DNA of 64,000 nucleotides from the NCBI GenBank assembly GCA_049521795.1, contig JBEKOM010000008.1, positions 19,702-83,701 of the forward strand. Reading direction: 5' to 3'. Each line of letters opens with the position of its first letter. Within the stretch, counting starts at the first letter, position 1. Position numbers and translations under genes: made by a program. The DNA comes from Candidatus Bathyarchaeia archaeon. Its GTDB lineage: Archaea; Thermoproteota; Bathyarchaeia; Bathyarchaeales; Bathycorpusculaceae. Below, piece by piece: positions 1-10,757 of this stretch. Below the pieces are notes generated by a model. It made no database searches. It had not been told where the DNA came from and saw only the letters and a program-made list of their open reading frames with translations.

Positions 1-1227
1 ATTAGAGTAGAAGTGTATAGCTTTGCTCAAAGCGTGAAGGGTGGAGCCAAGGGCATCAGGAGAACCTGAGCGTTTCGCGTATTCTAACCCTTTGCGTCCC
101 GCTTGTACTGCTTTTCCCAGAATCCTTCTTCTCTCTTCTGAACTAGCGTCAACGTCTGATCCTGAAGCAGAATAACTTTCAGCATAGTACAAGTAGGTTT
201 GTGCGACGTAAAAATCTTGGCAAACCAGTTGAAGGCAACTTATCGCATGTTCCGAAAACTCGATGATCTTCCTATGTCCTTCCTTTTTCTTGTCCGGATC
301 CCCTTCCCTCACGGTCCTCCAATCAGTCACGAGCGCAAGGAGATAGTATGCAACTCCTTTCAAATAATTGTCTCTTATTTCGGCCCCCTGTTTCAACATC
401 TCTTCAGCATATCTAAACGAGTCCTCAGCGTTTTCAGTGAAGATAATAGTGGAATGGGCTGCTGCGCAGTTTGCCATAGCGACGAGTGAAGGATTTTCCA
501 CTTGCTTTGATAGTTCAAGGGCTTTCTCTGAATAACTAATGCTTCTTTGCACAAGTTCTTTACGTGTTCTCTCGTCTTGCTCACTGAAATTCGCCGCATA
601 CCAGTTCAAGAGACTGGCTGTGGAAAAGGCACCGAGCAAATCTTCCTTGTCCGCAAGCTTTGACAAAACGTTGATCGCGTCAAGGCCGTAGGTGATCGCC
701 TCCTGAGTGAGGTCTTTCAGTTCCCTCCAATCAGATGCGATGCTAAGTCTCTCGAAAAAGCAACGCAACAAATCATTGCACATCTTTCCATAGCTCGCTT
801 CGTCCGCAGATTTTTTGTATTTTTCCAGGCTTTCTTTTCCGAGCTTTAGACACTCATCGAGCGTTGTTCTTTTTTCCGCTGAGGTTGGTGCTAGCCATGA
901 ACTGACAAGTTCTGCGATGGCATTGCGCTGAGCCCTCTTTCCTTGATTTTCAAGCGTGCCCTCGCTCTCAAGAGCTTTCGCTGAAGACCTGTAAGCTTCC
1001 ACTGCTGATTGCCGGAGTCTTGCAAATTCCTCCACGGTTTCAGCTTGCCTAGAAGCGGACTCGTAGCAATCGCCGATTTTCTCCCACAAGTTGCCTACAA
1101 ATGAAGCATCCTCGATTCTGGAGCGCAGCAATTGCTCATAGCATTTCGCCGCTTTGAACCACTCATACGTTTTCTCTTGTTCTTTTGCTTTTTCCAGAAG
1201 TGACTGCGTGTCGAAATGCGAGTTCAT
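1..1227 (-). CDS. Large alpha-helical (TPR-like) hypothetical protein, N-terminal 409 codons; runs off the window start
   Basis: ATG at 1227 (MNSHFDTQSLLEKAKEQEKTYEWFKAAKCYEQ...) and the frame stays open to base 1 by manual translation. Ala/Leu/Glu/Lys-rich helical pattern. Absent from the ORF track because it has no stop in the window. Confidence 0.8.
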   Translation of the reverse strand, partial: MNSHFDTQSLLEKAKEQEKTYEWFKAAKCYEQLLRSRIEDASFVGNLWEKIGDCYESASRQAETVEEFARLRQSAVEAYRSSAKALESEGTLENQGKRAQRNAIAELVSSWLAPTSAEKRTTLDECLKLGKESLEKYKKSADEASYGKMCNDLLRCFFERLSIASDWRELKDLTQEAITYGLDAINVLSKLADKEDLLGAFSTASLLNWYAANFSEQDERTRKELVQRSISYSEKALELSKQVENPSLVAMANCAAAHSTIIFTENAEDSFRYAEEMLKQGAEIRDNYLKGVAYYLLALVTDWRTVREGDPDKKKEGHRKIIEFSEHAISCLQLVCQDFYVAQTYLYYAESYSASGSDVDASSEERRRILGKAVQAGRKGLEYAKRSGSPDALGSTLHALSKAIHFYSN

Positions 1228-1683
1228 CGCCTGTCAATCATACTTAACGGCTGGGCTTATGAAAGGTTTTCGCATGATACGTTTATAATTCTTGCCTTTC
1301 TTTCTCTCCGGCAGATCCTAGCGCGCCCATGGTGTTTCCGAAAACATTGCCGCTTAAGGTCGTATTGAATTACCAGTACGGTGCCGCTGAAAAGTTGTCG
1401 AGTCGCGAAAAGAGGCGAGTTCGTCCTCAACTCCACACTTGAACAAAACCTTTAGGCTTTTTCCTCCTCGTTTCGCACGATCAACTCAAATCATGCCTTC
1501 CTCGCGCGCACCAAGGATGGCTTTGCTAGCTGTAGGATAGTATTTTTTCAGAAAAGCATTTCCGAAGGAGAAACGGTGAGAATTCTTTGGTTTGTTTGGC
1601 ACGCGCGCTGGAAAGCTTGAGATGAAAAAAGTTAAATGAAAGCAGCAGTACAACACTATTGTATATTCACAGGTGAAAGGGGA

Positions 1684-3048
1684 ATGAGGAAAGCGCTAGA
1701 AGTGATGGTAATAGGAGTTCTGTGTTTATCTGTTTTTTTCGTTTCTTCTATAGGCTCTATTTTGTCAACATCACGAAGGATTGTCTCGCACTCCTCCGCT
1801 TTAGATGAACCCCCCACTTTGGTAGGAGTCAGTGTTAGGCTTTTTGATGGTTCTGTGAGTGTCAGTTACTCCGACTACTTCTACGTGAAGCACGGATGGG
1901 TGGCCTACAACTGGAGCGGTGTGCCCACGCCAGCCCAAAATGCGTTCCTAGACCCAGCGCAAAACAACTTCACTTTAACGACGAACGCCTCAGGCTTCAC
2001 AAACCCGCCTCTGAGCCAATACACAGAATACAACAGCACGGAAGACTCGATGGCAAGCTGGTTCTGGATCCAATTCTATCCAGGAAACCTCACTCCCGGA
2101 ACATACTCATTAACGGGCACCTGGCAAGAAGCTGCAGCTGCTAACTATCCAAACTATACCGACATCTACAGTCAAAGAACGATCACGCTTTTCGTAAATC
2201 CTGCAAATTCCACAACGCTGGTTTCCCTTTCACCCAACCTTGTCTCTGTCGGCCACGTTGCTAACTGCACCGCTACGGTGTCAGGACTAAACGCAACCGG
2301 CACCATCAACTGGACGACGAGCAGCATCGGAGGCTCGTTCGGTTCAAACGTCGGAATCTTGTCCGCTGGAGGCACAACAACCACTTATGTCGACAACTTC
2401 ACCGGCTACGTGATGATCACGGCATGGTACAGTGGAGACTCAAACAACGCGCCGAGCAGCGGCAGCGCCGTTCTAACGGTTTTCGTTAACGTCTCGACGG
2501 GAACAAACGTCATGGTTTACCCGACCGCTGGCCTAACACTGAATTTCAACAGCGTCACGTCTGCCGGTTACACGGTCGCAAACACAACGCCAACCGTTAA
2601 CGCACCTCCGTTGAACAACACGGTTGGCCCATACTACAACATCAAGGTGACCGCAGGTTTTTCTGGCAACGTGACGGTTAGCTTGGCTTTTGACGGTTCA
2701 AACATGACGACGGAGCAGAAAAACAGTCTGCAGATGGCGCAGTACACGCCCATACCCGGCGACTTCAAGGGCGAAGGCATAGTAAACATACTCGACGCCA
2801 TAATACTGGGCAATGCGTTCGTTTCACATTGTCCAAACTATGACTATGTTGGAGAACCGGCTAGTCCTAACTGGAATCCCAACGCTGACCTGAACGGCGA
2901 CGGCATCATCAATATCCTGGACGCCATAATCCTTGGAAACCACTTCCTTCAAACCGCCAACTGGGTAAACATAACATTGTACGTCGACACAACGAACAAC
3001 ATCGTCTACGGACAAACCTCACACTTCTCCTTCATAACAATACACTAA
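1684..3048 (+). CDS. Secreted/surface protein with Ig-like domains and a dockerin-like (EF-hand pair) module near the C-terminus
   Basis: Signal peptide after ATG 1684 (GGTGA upstream); many N-x-S/T sequons; GDFKGEGIVNILDAIIL...NPNADLNGDGIINILDAIIL repeat pair. Confidence 0.8.
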   Translation: MRKALEVMVIGVLCLSVFFVSSIGSILSTSRRIVSHSSALDEPPTLVGVSVRLFDGSVSVSYSDYFYVKHGWVAYNWSGVPTPAQNAFLDPAQNNFTLTTNASGFTNPPLSQYTEYNSTEDSMASWFWIQFYPGNLTPGTYSLTGTWQEAAAANYPNYTDIYSQRTITLFVNPANSTTLVSLSPNLVSVGHVANCTATVSGLNATGTINWTTSSIGGSFGSNVGILSAGGTTTTYVDNFTGYVMITAWYSGDSNNAPSSGSAVLTVFVNVSTGTNVMVYPTAGLTLNFNSVTSAGYTVANTTPTVNAPPLNNTVGPYYNIKVTAGFSGNVTVSLAFDGSNMTTEQKNSLQMAQYTPIPGDFKGEGIVNILDAIILGNAFVSHCPNYDYVGEPASPNWNPNADLNGDGIINILDAIILGNHFLQTANWVNITLYVDTTNNIVYGQTSHFSFITIH

Positions 3049-3214
3049 GGAAAAGATTTCACTTTGCCCTCAAACCTAGACTGGCATACTAAACCAAGCT
3101 ATACGACGGCCCCACAGAGGTAGGTTAGTACTCCTTGAGGACGTAGCCCTTAAGGCTTTATTTTCTTTTCCTTCATAGCGTTTCTACGGATAGAGAATCA
3201 GATGGATGATGAAG

Positions 3215-3550
3215 TCATTGTTTGTCGGTTTGCGTAACTAAACCTAGGGTTTTCTTCTCAAGATATGTAGGTGCTTTCTGACTGATCAAACGTTTCTGTA
3301 TGAATTCATAACCGCATTCACACTTGAACCCAACAGTCTCATTCTTTATCGTCAGCAGACTATTGATGCGTGATGCTTTGCATCCTGTTTCTAGTTTGTG
3401 CATTCTCCAAGTTAAAGCAAGATCGTCCAGATTCATAGGGTTGAGCGTTTCCGCTTTGAACAGGAACCAAAAGACATATGATATCAAGCTGACCCAGAAA
3501 ATCAACGCTAGCCATTCCAGCATTCTTTCACAACCATGCTTACAACGCAT
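3215..3550 (-). CDS. Small membrane-anchored hypothetical protein with a putative Zn-binding motif
   Basis: N-terminal TM helix; H-x4-C...C-x-C-G motif. Confidence 0.65.
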   Translation of the reverse strand: MRCKHGCERMLEWLALIFWVSLISYVFWFLFKAETLNPMNLDDLALTWRMHKLETGCKASRINSLLTIKNETVGFKCECGYEFIQKRLISQKAPTYLEKKTLGLVTQTDKQ

Positions 3551-3753
3551 AATCTAGATTTTTCACCGGTGCGCGCCTGATGTTTAGGGCAGAGCCCTAG
3601 ATTAAAGAATTGTGAACCAAGCATCTTTACTTCAAATCAAAGACTGCATCACATACTCGGTAATTCTTGAAGTAATAAAGAAGCGAAGGCAGGCCTGAAT
3701 GGGGAAGAAATGGATGGGTCCACTGCTCAATCCACGTCTTCTTGCAACTTGAA

Positions 3754-4809
3754 TCATTCTGTCCAGTAGACCCGTCCGTTCGGACCCTTGGATTCTTTCA
3801 AGACTTCCTTTTTCACTCTGCGAGCGAGAAAATTCACAATCTTGCGCTCTTTGCCTTTGGTCAAGAGACCTCGGGACTCTAAGGCTTTGACCACATCTCT
3901 CACTGTTCTTCTACTGGTTTGCTTGAAAAATCCTTCGCGAACCAGACCTTCAAACGCGCGATGCGCGTGACCGCCCCATGTTTGAGCAATATTGCAGCGT
4001 CGTGTCTTCTGTGCTGTTCCGAGGACCATGAATTTCTTCTGAAGACGTTCAAAGGAAGATCCCACGACCTGGATATTCTCCATAACTCCTTCTCCGAGGT
4101 CTCTCTTCACAAATTCCTGTATCACAGGCATCTTTTGAGGGTTAAGACCAGCAATTGTAGCTCCAACTGTCTCTACGGCAACCGCATCTCTTCCAGCGAG
4201 CATAGTGTTCACCCGCACTGGAGCACCGCCTGCACCGCGCCAAAGGTACGTTCCGTCCAGCACGGCAAGGTCTATGCCGCCGACAGCTTCGTACACGTCC
4301 GCGAGGAGTGAAGGGAGAACTTTGTGATATTTTATTCTCTTCGAGTCTGGAATGCACCCGAAAAGGTTCTTGAGGATGCTTCCACTCTCAAAGGAGCGCA
4401 GAATGTGCGTGTCAACTAAGACGTTGGGTTTGAACAGTGTGTGCGACAAGTTCATTTCTCGGTCAGCAAGCTTCACTTTTTTGGTGTCTGAGTCATCTGA
4501 GAGGTTGAAGGGAATAACTCGCTCTGTGAAAAGCTTCTTCCATATTTGAAGCCTCTCTGAACCGGTGCCTTTGTAATTGTCAGATTCAGCCAAGAAAATC
4601 TTCGGCGTTCTATCGAAACAATCGATGATTGCCTCAACCAAGCTCACTGAGGCGTGGTTTTCCGCCTTATGACTGAATACGCCGACCTTAATGACAACAG
4701 GTCTCTCAGCAGTGTTCAGGTCATCTATTCCGCCGATCAGGTCGAGAAGTCGCCTCAACTGCGTCTCCTCGTCACCATTAAATTCGACCACAGCCACTTT
4801 CGAAGTCAA
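3754..4809 (-). CDS. DUF362-family protein with C-terminal HTH-like domain
   Basis: VVIKVG, AESD, LKNLFGCIP and AGRDAVAVE motifs typical of DUF362; TTG start at 4809 after GAGGT (ORF track extends to 4860). Confidence 0.75.
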   Translation of the reverse strand: MTSKVAVVEFNGDEETQLRRLLDLIGGIDDLNTAERPVVIKVGVFSHKAENHASVSLVEAIIDCFDRTPKIFLAESDNYKGTGSERLQIWKKLFTERVIPFNLSDDSDTKKVKLADREMNLSHTLFKPNVLVDTHILRSFESGSILKNLFGCIPDSKRIKYHKVLPSLLADVYEAVGGIDLAVLDGTYLWRGAGGAPVRVNTMLAGRDAVAVETVGATIAGLNPQKMPVIQEFVKRDLGEGVMENIQVVGSSFERLQKKFMVLGTAQKTRRCNIAQTWGGHAHRAFEGLVREGFFKQTSRRTVRDVVKALESRGLLTKGKERKIVNFLARRVKKEVLKESKGPNGRVYWTE

Positions 4810-5115
4810 TGTCAAACCTCGCTTTAGAACGGAACAATGTGGATATTCATTGAAAAACAAAAACCTTTCTACTACAGCAAATTGTGTTACGGCAACGCTA
4901 AGTCTTCATGGGCCACAACGCTCACCGTAAGATTCGAACTTAAAAGTGGATTCATCTAGTGTATATACAAAACGTATATGCAAAATGTATATGCTCACAG
5001 ATTTTTCTTTTTGCGAATTTAGAGACAAGCTAGCGCGCTTTATATCTTGACGCGTTCAAGCCAAGTTATAGAATCTGTTATAAGCGTTGCCGTTTTCAGG
5101 TTTGTCTTGAGGAAA

Positions 5116-6372
5116 ATGGTTGAGCTAAAGAGAACTCTGAGTCTTTTAGATGCCACGGCGATCGGCGTCGGGGCGATAATCGGTGCGGGAATCTTCGTTG
5201 TGCTAGGCATCGCCGTGGGCTATGCTGGGCCAGCCGTTGTCGTGTCAATGGTCATTGCAGCTACCGTTGCCTTGTTCACCGCGCTTAGCTTCGCCGAACT
5301 GGGTTCTGCAATTCCCAAGCAGGGAGGGACTTACGAGTTTGCTTACGAGATGATCTCTCCCTTCGTAGCGTTTATTTCGGGATCTTTGTGGCTCTTCGGC
5401 CAGACCGTGGCCGGAGCAGCTGTGAGCCTAGCGCTAGCAAGTTACGTCGTAGCGATGTTCCCGTTTTTTCCTTTGAAAGTCGTTGCAGTTTCAGCCGCAC
5501 TGGTTTTCACGGGTTTAAACCTCGTCGGAACGAAGCATTCGGCTATAATCAACAACATTTTGGTTCTGGTGAAAATCGTGATCCTCTGCCTGTTTGTTAG
5601 TTTCGGAGTTCTTCAAGTGAATTCGCAAAACTATTCACCGTTTGCGCCGCATGGCCTTGTTGGAATCCTTCAGGGAGCAGGGTTCATCTTCTTTGCGTTT
5701 TTGGGTTTCGGAAGAATAGCAGCGCTCGGTGAAGAGGTAAAGAACCCCAAGAGAACGTTGCCGCTGGCGATCTTGATCGCCCTCGTCACCTCGGTGATTC
5801 TGTATGTTGCGACGGGCCTTGTCGCAACAGGCCTGCAAAACTATCAAACTTTGGCAGGTTCAGGGTCGCCCCTTGCCACCGCTGCAAGAGCGACGGGAAA
5901 CTCGACACTAATCGCGACAATTTCCTTCGGAGCCATTGTGGCCACTGCGAGCGTCCTTTTGACCAACCTGATCGGCTTGTCCAGGGTCTCATTTGCGATG
6001 GCGAGAAACGGACAGCTTCCAAAGTCTCTGGCAACAATCCACTCCAAGTTCGGAACCCCCTATGTTTCAATTCTTTTGACTGGTGCGCTGATGGTTGTCT
6101 TGGCCTTTGTTGCTGATCTGTGGCAGACTGCTGCAATAACGAGTTTTTCACTTCTGTCTACTCACATCATCCTGCACGTTTCAGCGATAAGACTCAGAAA
6201 GAAAATGCCCAACCTGAAAACCTTTAGGGCCCCATTTTACCCGCTGATCCCTTCCCTTGGCTTGGTCAGTTGCATCATTCTGATGTTTTCACTGCCCGTA
6301 GAAGCGTGGATCGTTTGGGCAGTGTTCGTGATAGCCATCTCAGCCTATTATCTTCTAAGAAACAGACATTGA
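5116..6372 (+). CDS. APC-family amino acid permease
   Basis: LKRTL...IGAGIF, FAELGSAIP..GG.Y, FFAFLGF..IA.LGEE motifs; ~12 TM helices. Confidence 0.92.
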   Translation: MVELKRTLSLLDATAIGVGAIIGAGIFVVLGIAVGYAGPAVVVSMVIAATVALFTALSFAELGSAIPKQGGTYEFAYEMISPFVAFISGSLWLFGQTVAGAAVSLALASYVVAMFPFFPLKVVAVSAALVFTGLNLVGTKHSAIINNILVLVKIVILCLFVSFGVLQVNSQNYSPFAPHGLVGILQGAGFIFFAFLGFGRIAALGEEVKNPKRTLPLAILIALVTSVILYVATGLVATGLQNYQTLAGSGSPLATAARATGNSTLIATISFGAIVATASVLLTNLIGLSRVSFAMARNGQLPKSLATIHSKFGTPYVSILLTGALMVVLAFVADLWQTAAITSFSLLSTHIILHVSAIRLRKKMPNLKTFRAPFYPLIPSLGLVSCIILMFSLPVEAWIVWAVFVIAISAYYLLRNRH

Positions 6373-6550
6373 CGGCTTGTGCACGGTGTTCTCGTCTATT
6401 TCTCACATCAAGACGAACAAGCTCTGATCCAGATGGGAAAAACCGGTTAATGAGTGAGGCATAAATAAGAAATTCATTCCACGATACGAGAGGCTAGGGT
6501 TAAATAAACGTGGATCCTCAGCGATACTCGCAAGGCTCAAGGTGTTCATC

Positions 6551-7987
6551 GTGAAAGAATATGATTTTATATTGTTAGGCACAGGCTCGGGCATGGAAAT
6601 AGTCAACGCGCTGATTGAAGATAATCCGAGCATGAGAGCGGCAGTAATAGACAAGGATGAGCCAGGCGGCATCTGTCTCACCCGCGGTTGCATTCCGTCC
6701 AAAATTCTCCTATACTCTGCAGAATTAGTAAGGACGATAGAAAGAGCCAAGGATTTCGGCATATCTGCTGATATCAAGAACGTGGATTTTCAGAAAGTCA
6801 TGCAGAGAATGAGAACCCTGATCTACGAGGATATCAACAGTTTGCGGCAAGGACTTTCTCATTCCAAGAACGTGGATTATTACAACAGCGTGGCCGAATT
6901 TGTGGCGCCCTACACGTTGAAAGTTGGCAACGAAATCGTAACCTCTAAGATGATTTTTCTATGCTGCGGGTCGAAACCAATTATGCCTGCAATAGACGGT
7001 CTTGAAAACGTACCCTACCTTACCAGCGACACGATCCTCAAGCTTGATCGCCTCCCTAAGAGCATCGCAATCATCGGCGGCGGGTACGTAGCAGCTGAGT
7101 ACGGCCATTTCCTCTCAGCCATGGGGTCCAAGGTCACCATAATTGGCAGAAATCCACAGTTCATTCCGGAAGAAGAGCCAGAAGTGTCCGCGTTGGCCAA
7201 AAGAGAACTGCAGAAGCACATGACCGTGTTCACGAATCATGAGGTGCGCAGAGTCGACAACACTTCAGCCGGCAGAAGAATGGTGATTGCCGTTGACAAA
7301 GAAACAGGAAGGGAAACTGAGATAGCAGCAGACGAGATACTCGTAGCGTCGGGAAGAGGCCCCAACTCGGACATACTGCATCCAGACAGGGCCGGAATCA
7401 AAACTGACGAAAAAGGCTGGATCATCGTTAATGAGTATATGGAGACATCTCAGCCTAACGTTTGGGCCTTCGGAGACGCAGACGGCAAATACATGTTTAA
7501 GCACGTGGCAAACTATGAGGCACTACTCGTGTATTTCAACGCTGTACAGAAGAAGGCTGTCAAGGTCGACTATCACGCGGTCCCACATGCTATCTTCACT
7601 TATCCGGAAGTCGCATCGGTGGGACTAAAGGAGAAGGAGGCAATAGAAAAGTACGGCCAAGAAAACGTTCTGATCGGCTTTCACAGGTTTGAAGACACGG
7701 CTAAAGGAGAAGCTTTGGGCGTGCGAGACTACTTTGTGAAGGTAATGCTTGAAAAAGACACGCTGAAAATCATAGGCGCACACATCATCGGGCCCTACGC
7801 GTCAGTTCTTATCCAAGAAATAGTGAACGTCATGTGCACTGATGAACAAACCGCAGAACCGCTCATCAAGGCAATGCACATCCACCCCGCGTTGACCGAG
7901 GTTGTGGCGAGAGCCTTCAGCCCGCTCATGACACCGCAGCTGTACCACCACACTATCGAGGAGCATTACGGTCTTCTATTGAAGTAA
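6551..7987 (+). CDS. lpdA: Dihydrolipoyl dehydrogenase-family flavin disulfide oxidoreductase
   Basis: GTGSG FAD loop, GGICLTRGCIPSK redox disulfide, GGGYVAAE, HIHPALTE. Confidence 0.85.
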   Translation: MKEYDFILLGTGSGMEIVNALIEDNPSMRAAVIDKDEPGGICLTRGCIPSKILLYSAELVRTIERAKDFGISADIKNVDFQKVMQRMRTLIYEDINSLRQGLSHSKNVDYYNSVAEFVAPYTLKVGNEIVTSKMIFLCCGSKPIMPAIDGLENVPYLTSDTILKLDRLPKSIAIIGGGYVAAEYGHFLSAMGSKVTIIGRNPQFIPEEEPEVSALAKRELQKHMTVFTNHEVRRVDNTSAGRRMVIAVDKETGRETEIAADEILVASGRGPNSDILHPDRAGIKTDEKGWIIVNEYMETSQPNVWAFGDADGKYMFKHVANYEALLVYFNAVQKKAVKVDYHAVPHAIFTYPEVASVGLKEKEAIEKYGQENVLIGFHRFEDTAKGEALGVRDYFVKVMLEKDTLKIIGAHIIGPYASVLIQEIVNVMCTDEQTAEPLIKAMHIHPALTEVVARAFSPLMTPQLYHHTIEEHYGLLLK

Positions 7988-8150
7988 TGCACCCGCGTGC
8001 ACGGTACCTTTGTCTTGCGATGCGTGGGACTCCTTTGAGAAGCTTCGGACGGCACGCATGAAATCTTCTGCACACTACAACAACCTTATATGTCCACATT
8101 TAACCATTGGCAAACAAGCGGTCGTCCAAAGCTGAAAAGAAGGAGTCATT

Positions 8151-9356
8151 TTGATCAAAGACCTTTCAGCCTTCTACTCCAAGAATGCTCTCAACATGAA
8201 ACGTTCCGAGATCCGCGAACTTTTGAAAGTGACCAGACGACCCGACATGATCAGCTTCGCAGGCGGACTTCCCGCTCCAGAAACTTTTCCCGTCAAAGAC
8301 CTCGAAGATATATCTTGTCAGATACTGAGAGAAAAAGGAGCCGAGGCCCTTCAGTACGGACCCACCGAAGGAGAATGGCCTCTGCGCGAAGAAATCGCCA
8401 AGTGGATCTCACGTGAAAAACCCGGAATCAAACCCGAAAACATCCTTGTCACGTCAGGATCGCAACAGGGTCTGGACATCATCTCCAAAGTCTTCCTGGA
8501 CCCGAAGGACACGGTAATAGTTGAGTTGCCAACGTACATCGGCGGTCTGCAAGCGTTCACAGCGTACAGAGCCAAGATGGTCGGCGTCCTTCAAGACGAT
8601 CAAGGAATGAGGATGGACCTCCTGGAAAAAACTTTGACCGGACTGGCAAAGAGGAAAAAGAAACAAAAATTCATCTACGTTGTCCCAGACTTTCAGAATC
8701 CTTCCGGAGTCACGATGTCCCTGGAAAGACGCAAGAGACTCTTGGAACTGGCATACGAGTACGAGCTTCCCGTCGTTGAAGACAGCCCGTACAGAGACCT
8801 CAGATTCGCAGGCGAAAGCGTTCCAGCCATTTTCAGTCTGGACAAAGAGAATCAAGTCATAGTCTTAGGAACCTTCTCCAAGCTGCTCTGCCCAGGACTA
8901 AGGTTGGCTTGGATAACGGCCCCTGCCGAGTGGATGGACAGGATGGTCGTCGCCAAACAGAGCATGGACCTCTGCTCGCCCACGTTCACTCAGCTAATAG
9001 CGGCCGAGTTCATGAAACGCGGGTTGATGCCGAAACAGGTCGAGAGTATCCGCAGACTCTATGCAAGAAAGCGTCAAGTGATGCTCGAAGCCTTGCAGAA
9101 ATTCATGCCGAAGGGTGTGACATGGACCAAGCCCGAAGGCGGACTGTTTCTGTGGGTCAAACTTCCGAAGAGAATGAGCACAGACGACCTATTTCCAAAG
9201 GCAATCGAAAACGGAGTGGTCTACGTAAAAGGCTCAGCCTTTCACTGCAACGGCAAAGGCCAGAACACCATGAGAATAAACTTCTCCTACCCATCAGAGC
9301 AGCAGATTGAAGAAGGCATCAAGCGCCTAGCCAAAATGATCAAAGAGAACGCATGA
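8151..9356 (+). CDS. PLP-dependent class I aminotransferase (LysN/ARO8-like)
   Basis: ISFAGGLP, GSQQGLD, FQNPSG, EDSPY, GTFSKLLCPGLRLAW. Confidence 0.92.
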   Translation: MIKDLSAFYSKNALNMKRSEIRELLKVTRRPDMISFAGGLPAPETFPVKDLEDISCQILREKGAEALQYGPTEGEWPLREEIAKWISREKPGIKPENILVTSGSQQGLDIISKVFLDPKDTVIVELPTYIGGLQAFTAYRAKMVGVLQDDQGMRMDLLEKTLTGLAKRKKKQKFIYVVPDFQNPSGVTMSLERRKRLLELAYEYELPVVEDSPYRDLRFAGESVPAIFSLDKENQVIVLGTFSKLLCPGLRLAWITAPAEWMDRMVVAKQSMDLCSPTFTQLIAAEFMKRGLMPKQVESIRRLYARKRQVMLEALQKFMPKGVTWTKPEGGLFLWVKLPKRMSTDDLFPKAIENGVVYVKGSAFHCNGKGQNTMRINFSYPSEQQIEEGIKRLAKMIKENA

Positions 9357-9521
9357 GAAAACAGAGGCAGAAATAGCGAACGTTTGCTTTCAAAGCTTTG
9401 TCCACCGTACCAGCGATCAATGCAGAACTGCCGATACTTTCTTCGGCCTTACTATTGCTCCTCGTGAATTTCTCTACGGCTCGATGCCTGACGGTCGGGT
9501 CATAAAGACTTATTGCTTGAC

Positions 9522-9929
9522 TCACTCAGACAACACGGGCAACGGGTACAGGTCGCTCAATCTGACTTTCTTGAGTTTCCTGTCGACTTGAACGATCACG
9601 TGCGGGTCGCCGAATTCGCTTATGAACTGTCTGCACTTTCCACATGGCGGCAGGAAACGGCCACCGTTTTTGTATGCAAACGCGATAATAGTTTCGATTT
9701 CTTCTTCTCCCTCGGAAACCATCGTTCCGATCGCTGCGTACTCTGCGCAGATTGAACATGGAGCAGAACACTCTATCTCGATGTTGACACCGGAGAAAAT
9801 CTTGTTGTTCTTGGTCCGCAAGACAGCTGCGACGGACGACCTCTTGGACTTTCGCTTTCCAATCATATCCTTTGCTTTCTCGACAAGTTCAAGATCCCGC
9901 TTCGTAAGCTCTTCGAATCGCATAGACAT
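9522..9929 (-). CDS. cdd: Cytidine deaminase
   Basis: SGVNIE, ICAE and PPCGKCRQ Zn-binding motifs. Confidence 0.85.
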   Translation of the reverse strand: MSMRFEELTKRDLELVEKAKDMIGKRKSKRSSVAAVLRTKNNKIFSGVNIEIECSAPCSICAEYAAIGTMVSEGEEEIETIIAFAYKNGGRFLPPCGKCRQFISEFGDPHVIVQVDRKLKKVRLSDLYPLPVLSE

Positions 9930-10757
9930 CTAAAGCAGAACTCGCGTTAATGAACTTTCGTCTAAAATAGAATCACGGGTGACTAAGTCCCGCGGTTCTC
10001 GATTCGCGTTTTCATTGGATATGAACGCTACATCCCTGTGTTCGCGTTTTCACCTCGTCTATCACGCCTACCCCCTCCCCCTAGGGTACTAGTACTGCAC
10101 ATAGGCGCTCATGGAGCCCCTGGTGGGTTTGTACGGACTTGAAGCCAACGCGAGTAGAGGGCTTGAAAGAGGACTGGGCGAGGGTAGTAACTTTTCATTG
10201 TGTTCAACCGTCACCGTTTTCTGGTTTCATCTGCGACGCTGCGAGCTTGCTAAAACGCCGGTCCTTCCGTGCTAGGATGTCAGCCAGACGTGACCTGTCA
10301 AGCGTGTGTCTAGCTGAGTCTGTCGCTGCGGATCTGTTCGTTCATCAAGCCTAGGCTTTTTGCGTATTCTAAGAATGCGGTGCGCAGAGCCTCGCTTTCA
10401 GCCATTCCTAGGCTTATGCACATTCGGTCAAGAACCTTCTTCTGTGAGGGTGGCAAATAGACTTTGACAGATTTCCTCGCCAAAAAGCATCACCTCTTTA
10501 GACATCTCACCGTTTTCGGCTCTGAAAAATACGGATGCTCCTGATTCATAAAAGAATTGCCAACATGGAAGCTTCAAACCTTGCAGGGGGTTAAGCAGTG
10601 TTGAAGCGTAAGTTGACACAGGGAAAAGGCAAGGCAGAGAACGTTATTCACAGACCGTAGTTTCAAAAAAGAAGTCCATTACGGTCCATCCTTAACGTGC
10701 AGATGTTCAAGCAGGGTCCTCGACCATTAGACTTAATTATTCTGCCATTGTTGTCGC

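Noticed and set aside
3067-3140. Possible hairpin RNA (CCTCAA/TTGAGG, AACCTA/TAGGTT) after the dockerin gene
   Set aside because: The stems are short and interrupted and match no family I recognise; chance or a terminator is as likely.
9930-10757. Long intergenic region with palindromes (GTACTAGTAC, AAGCCTAGGCTT) as RNase P/SRP RNA or replication origin
   Set aside because: I found no RNase P or SRP signature and no ORB repeats, and there is no adjacent cdc6. The short ORFs are unconvincing.
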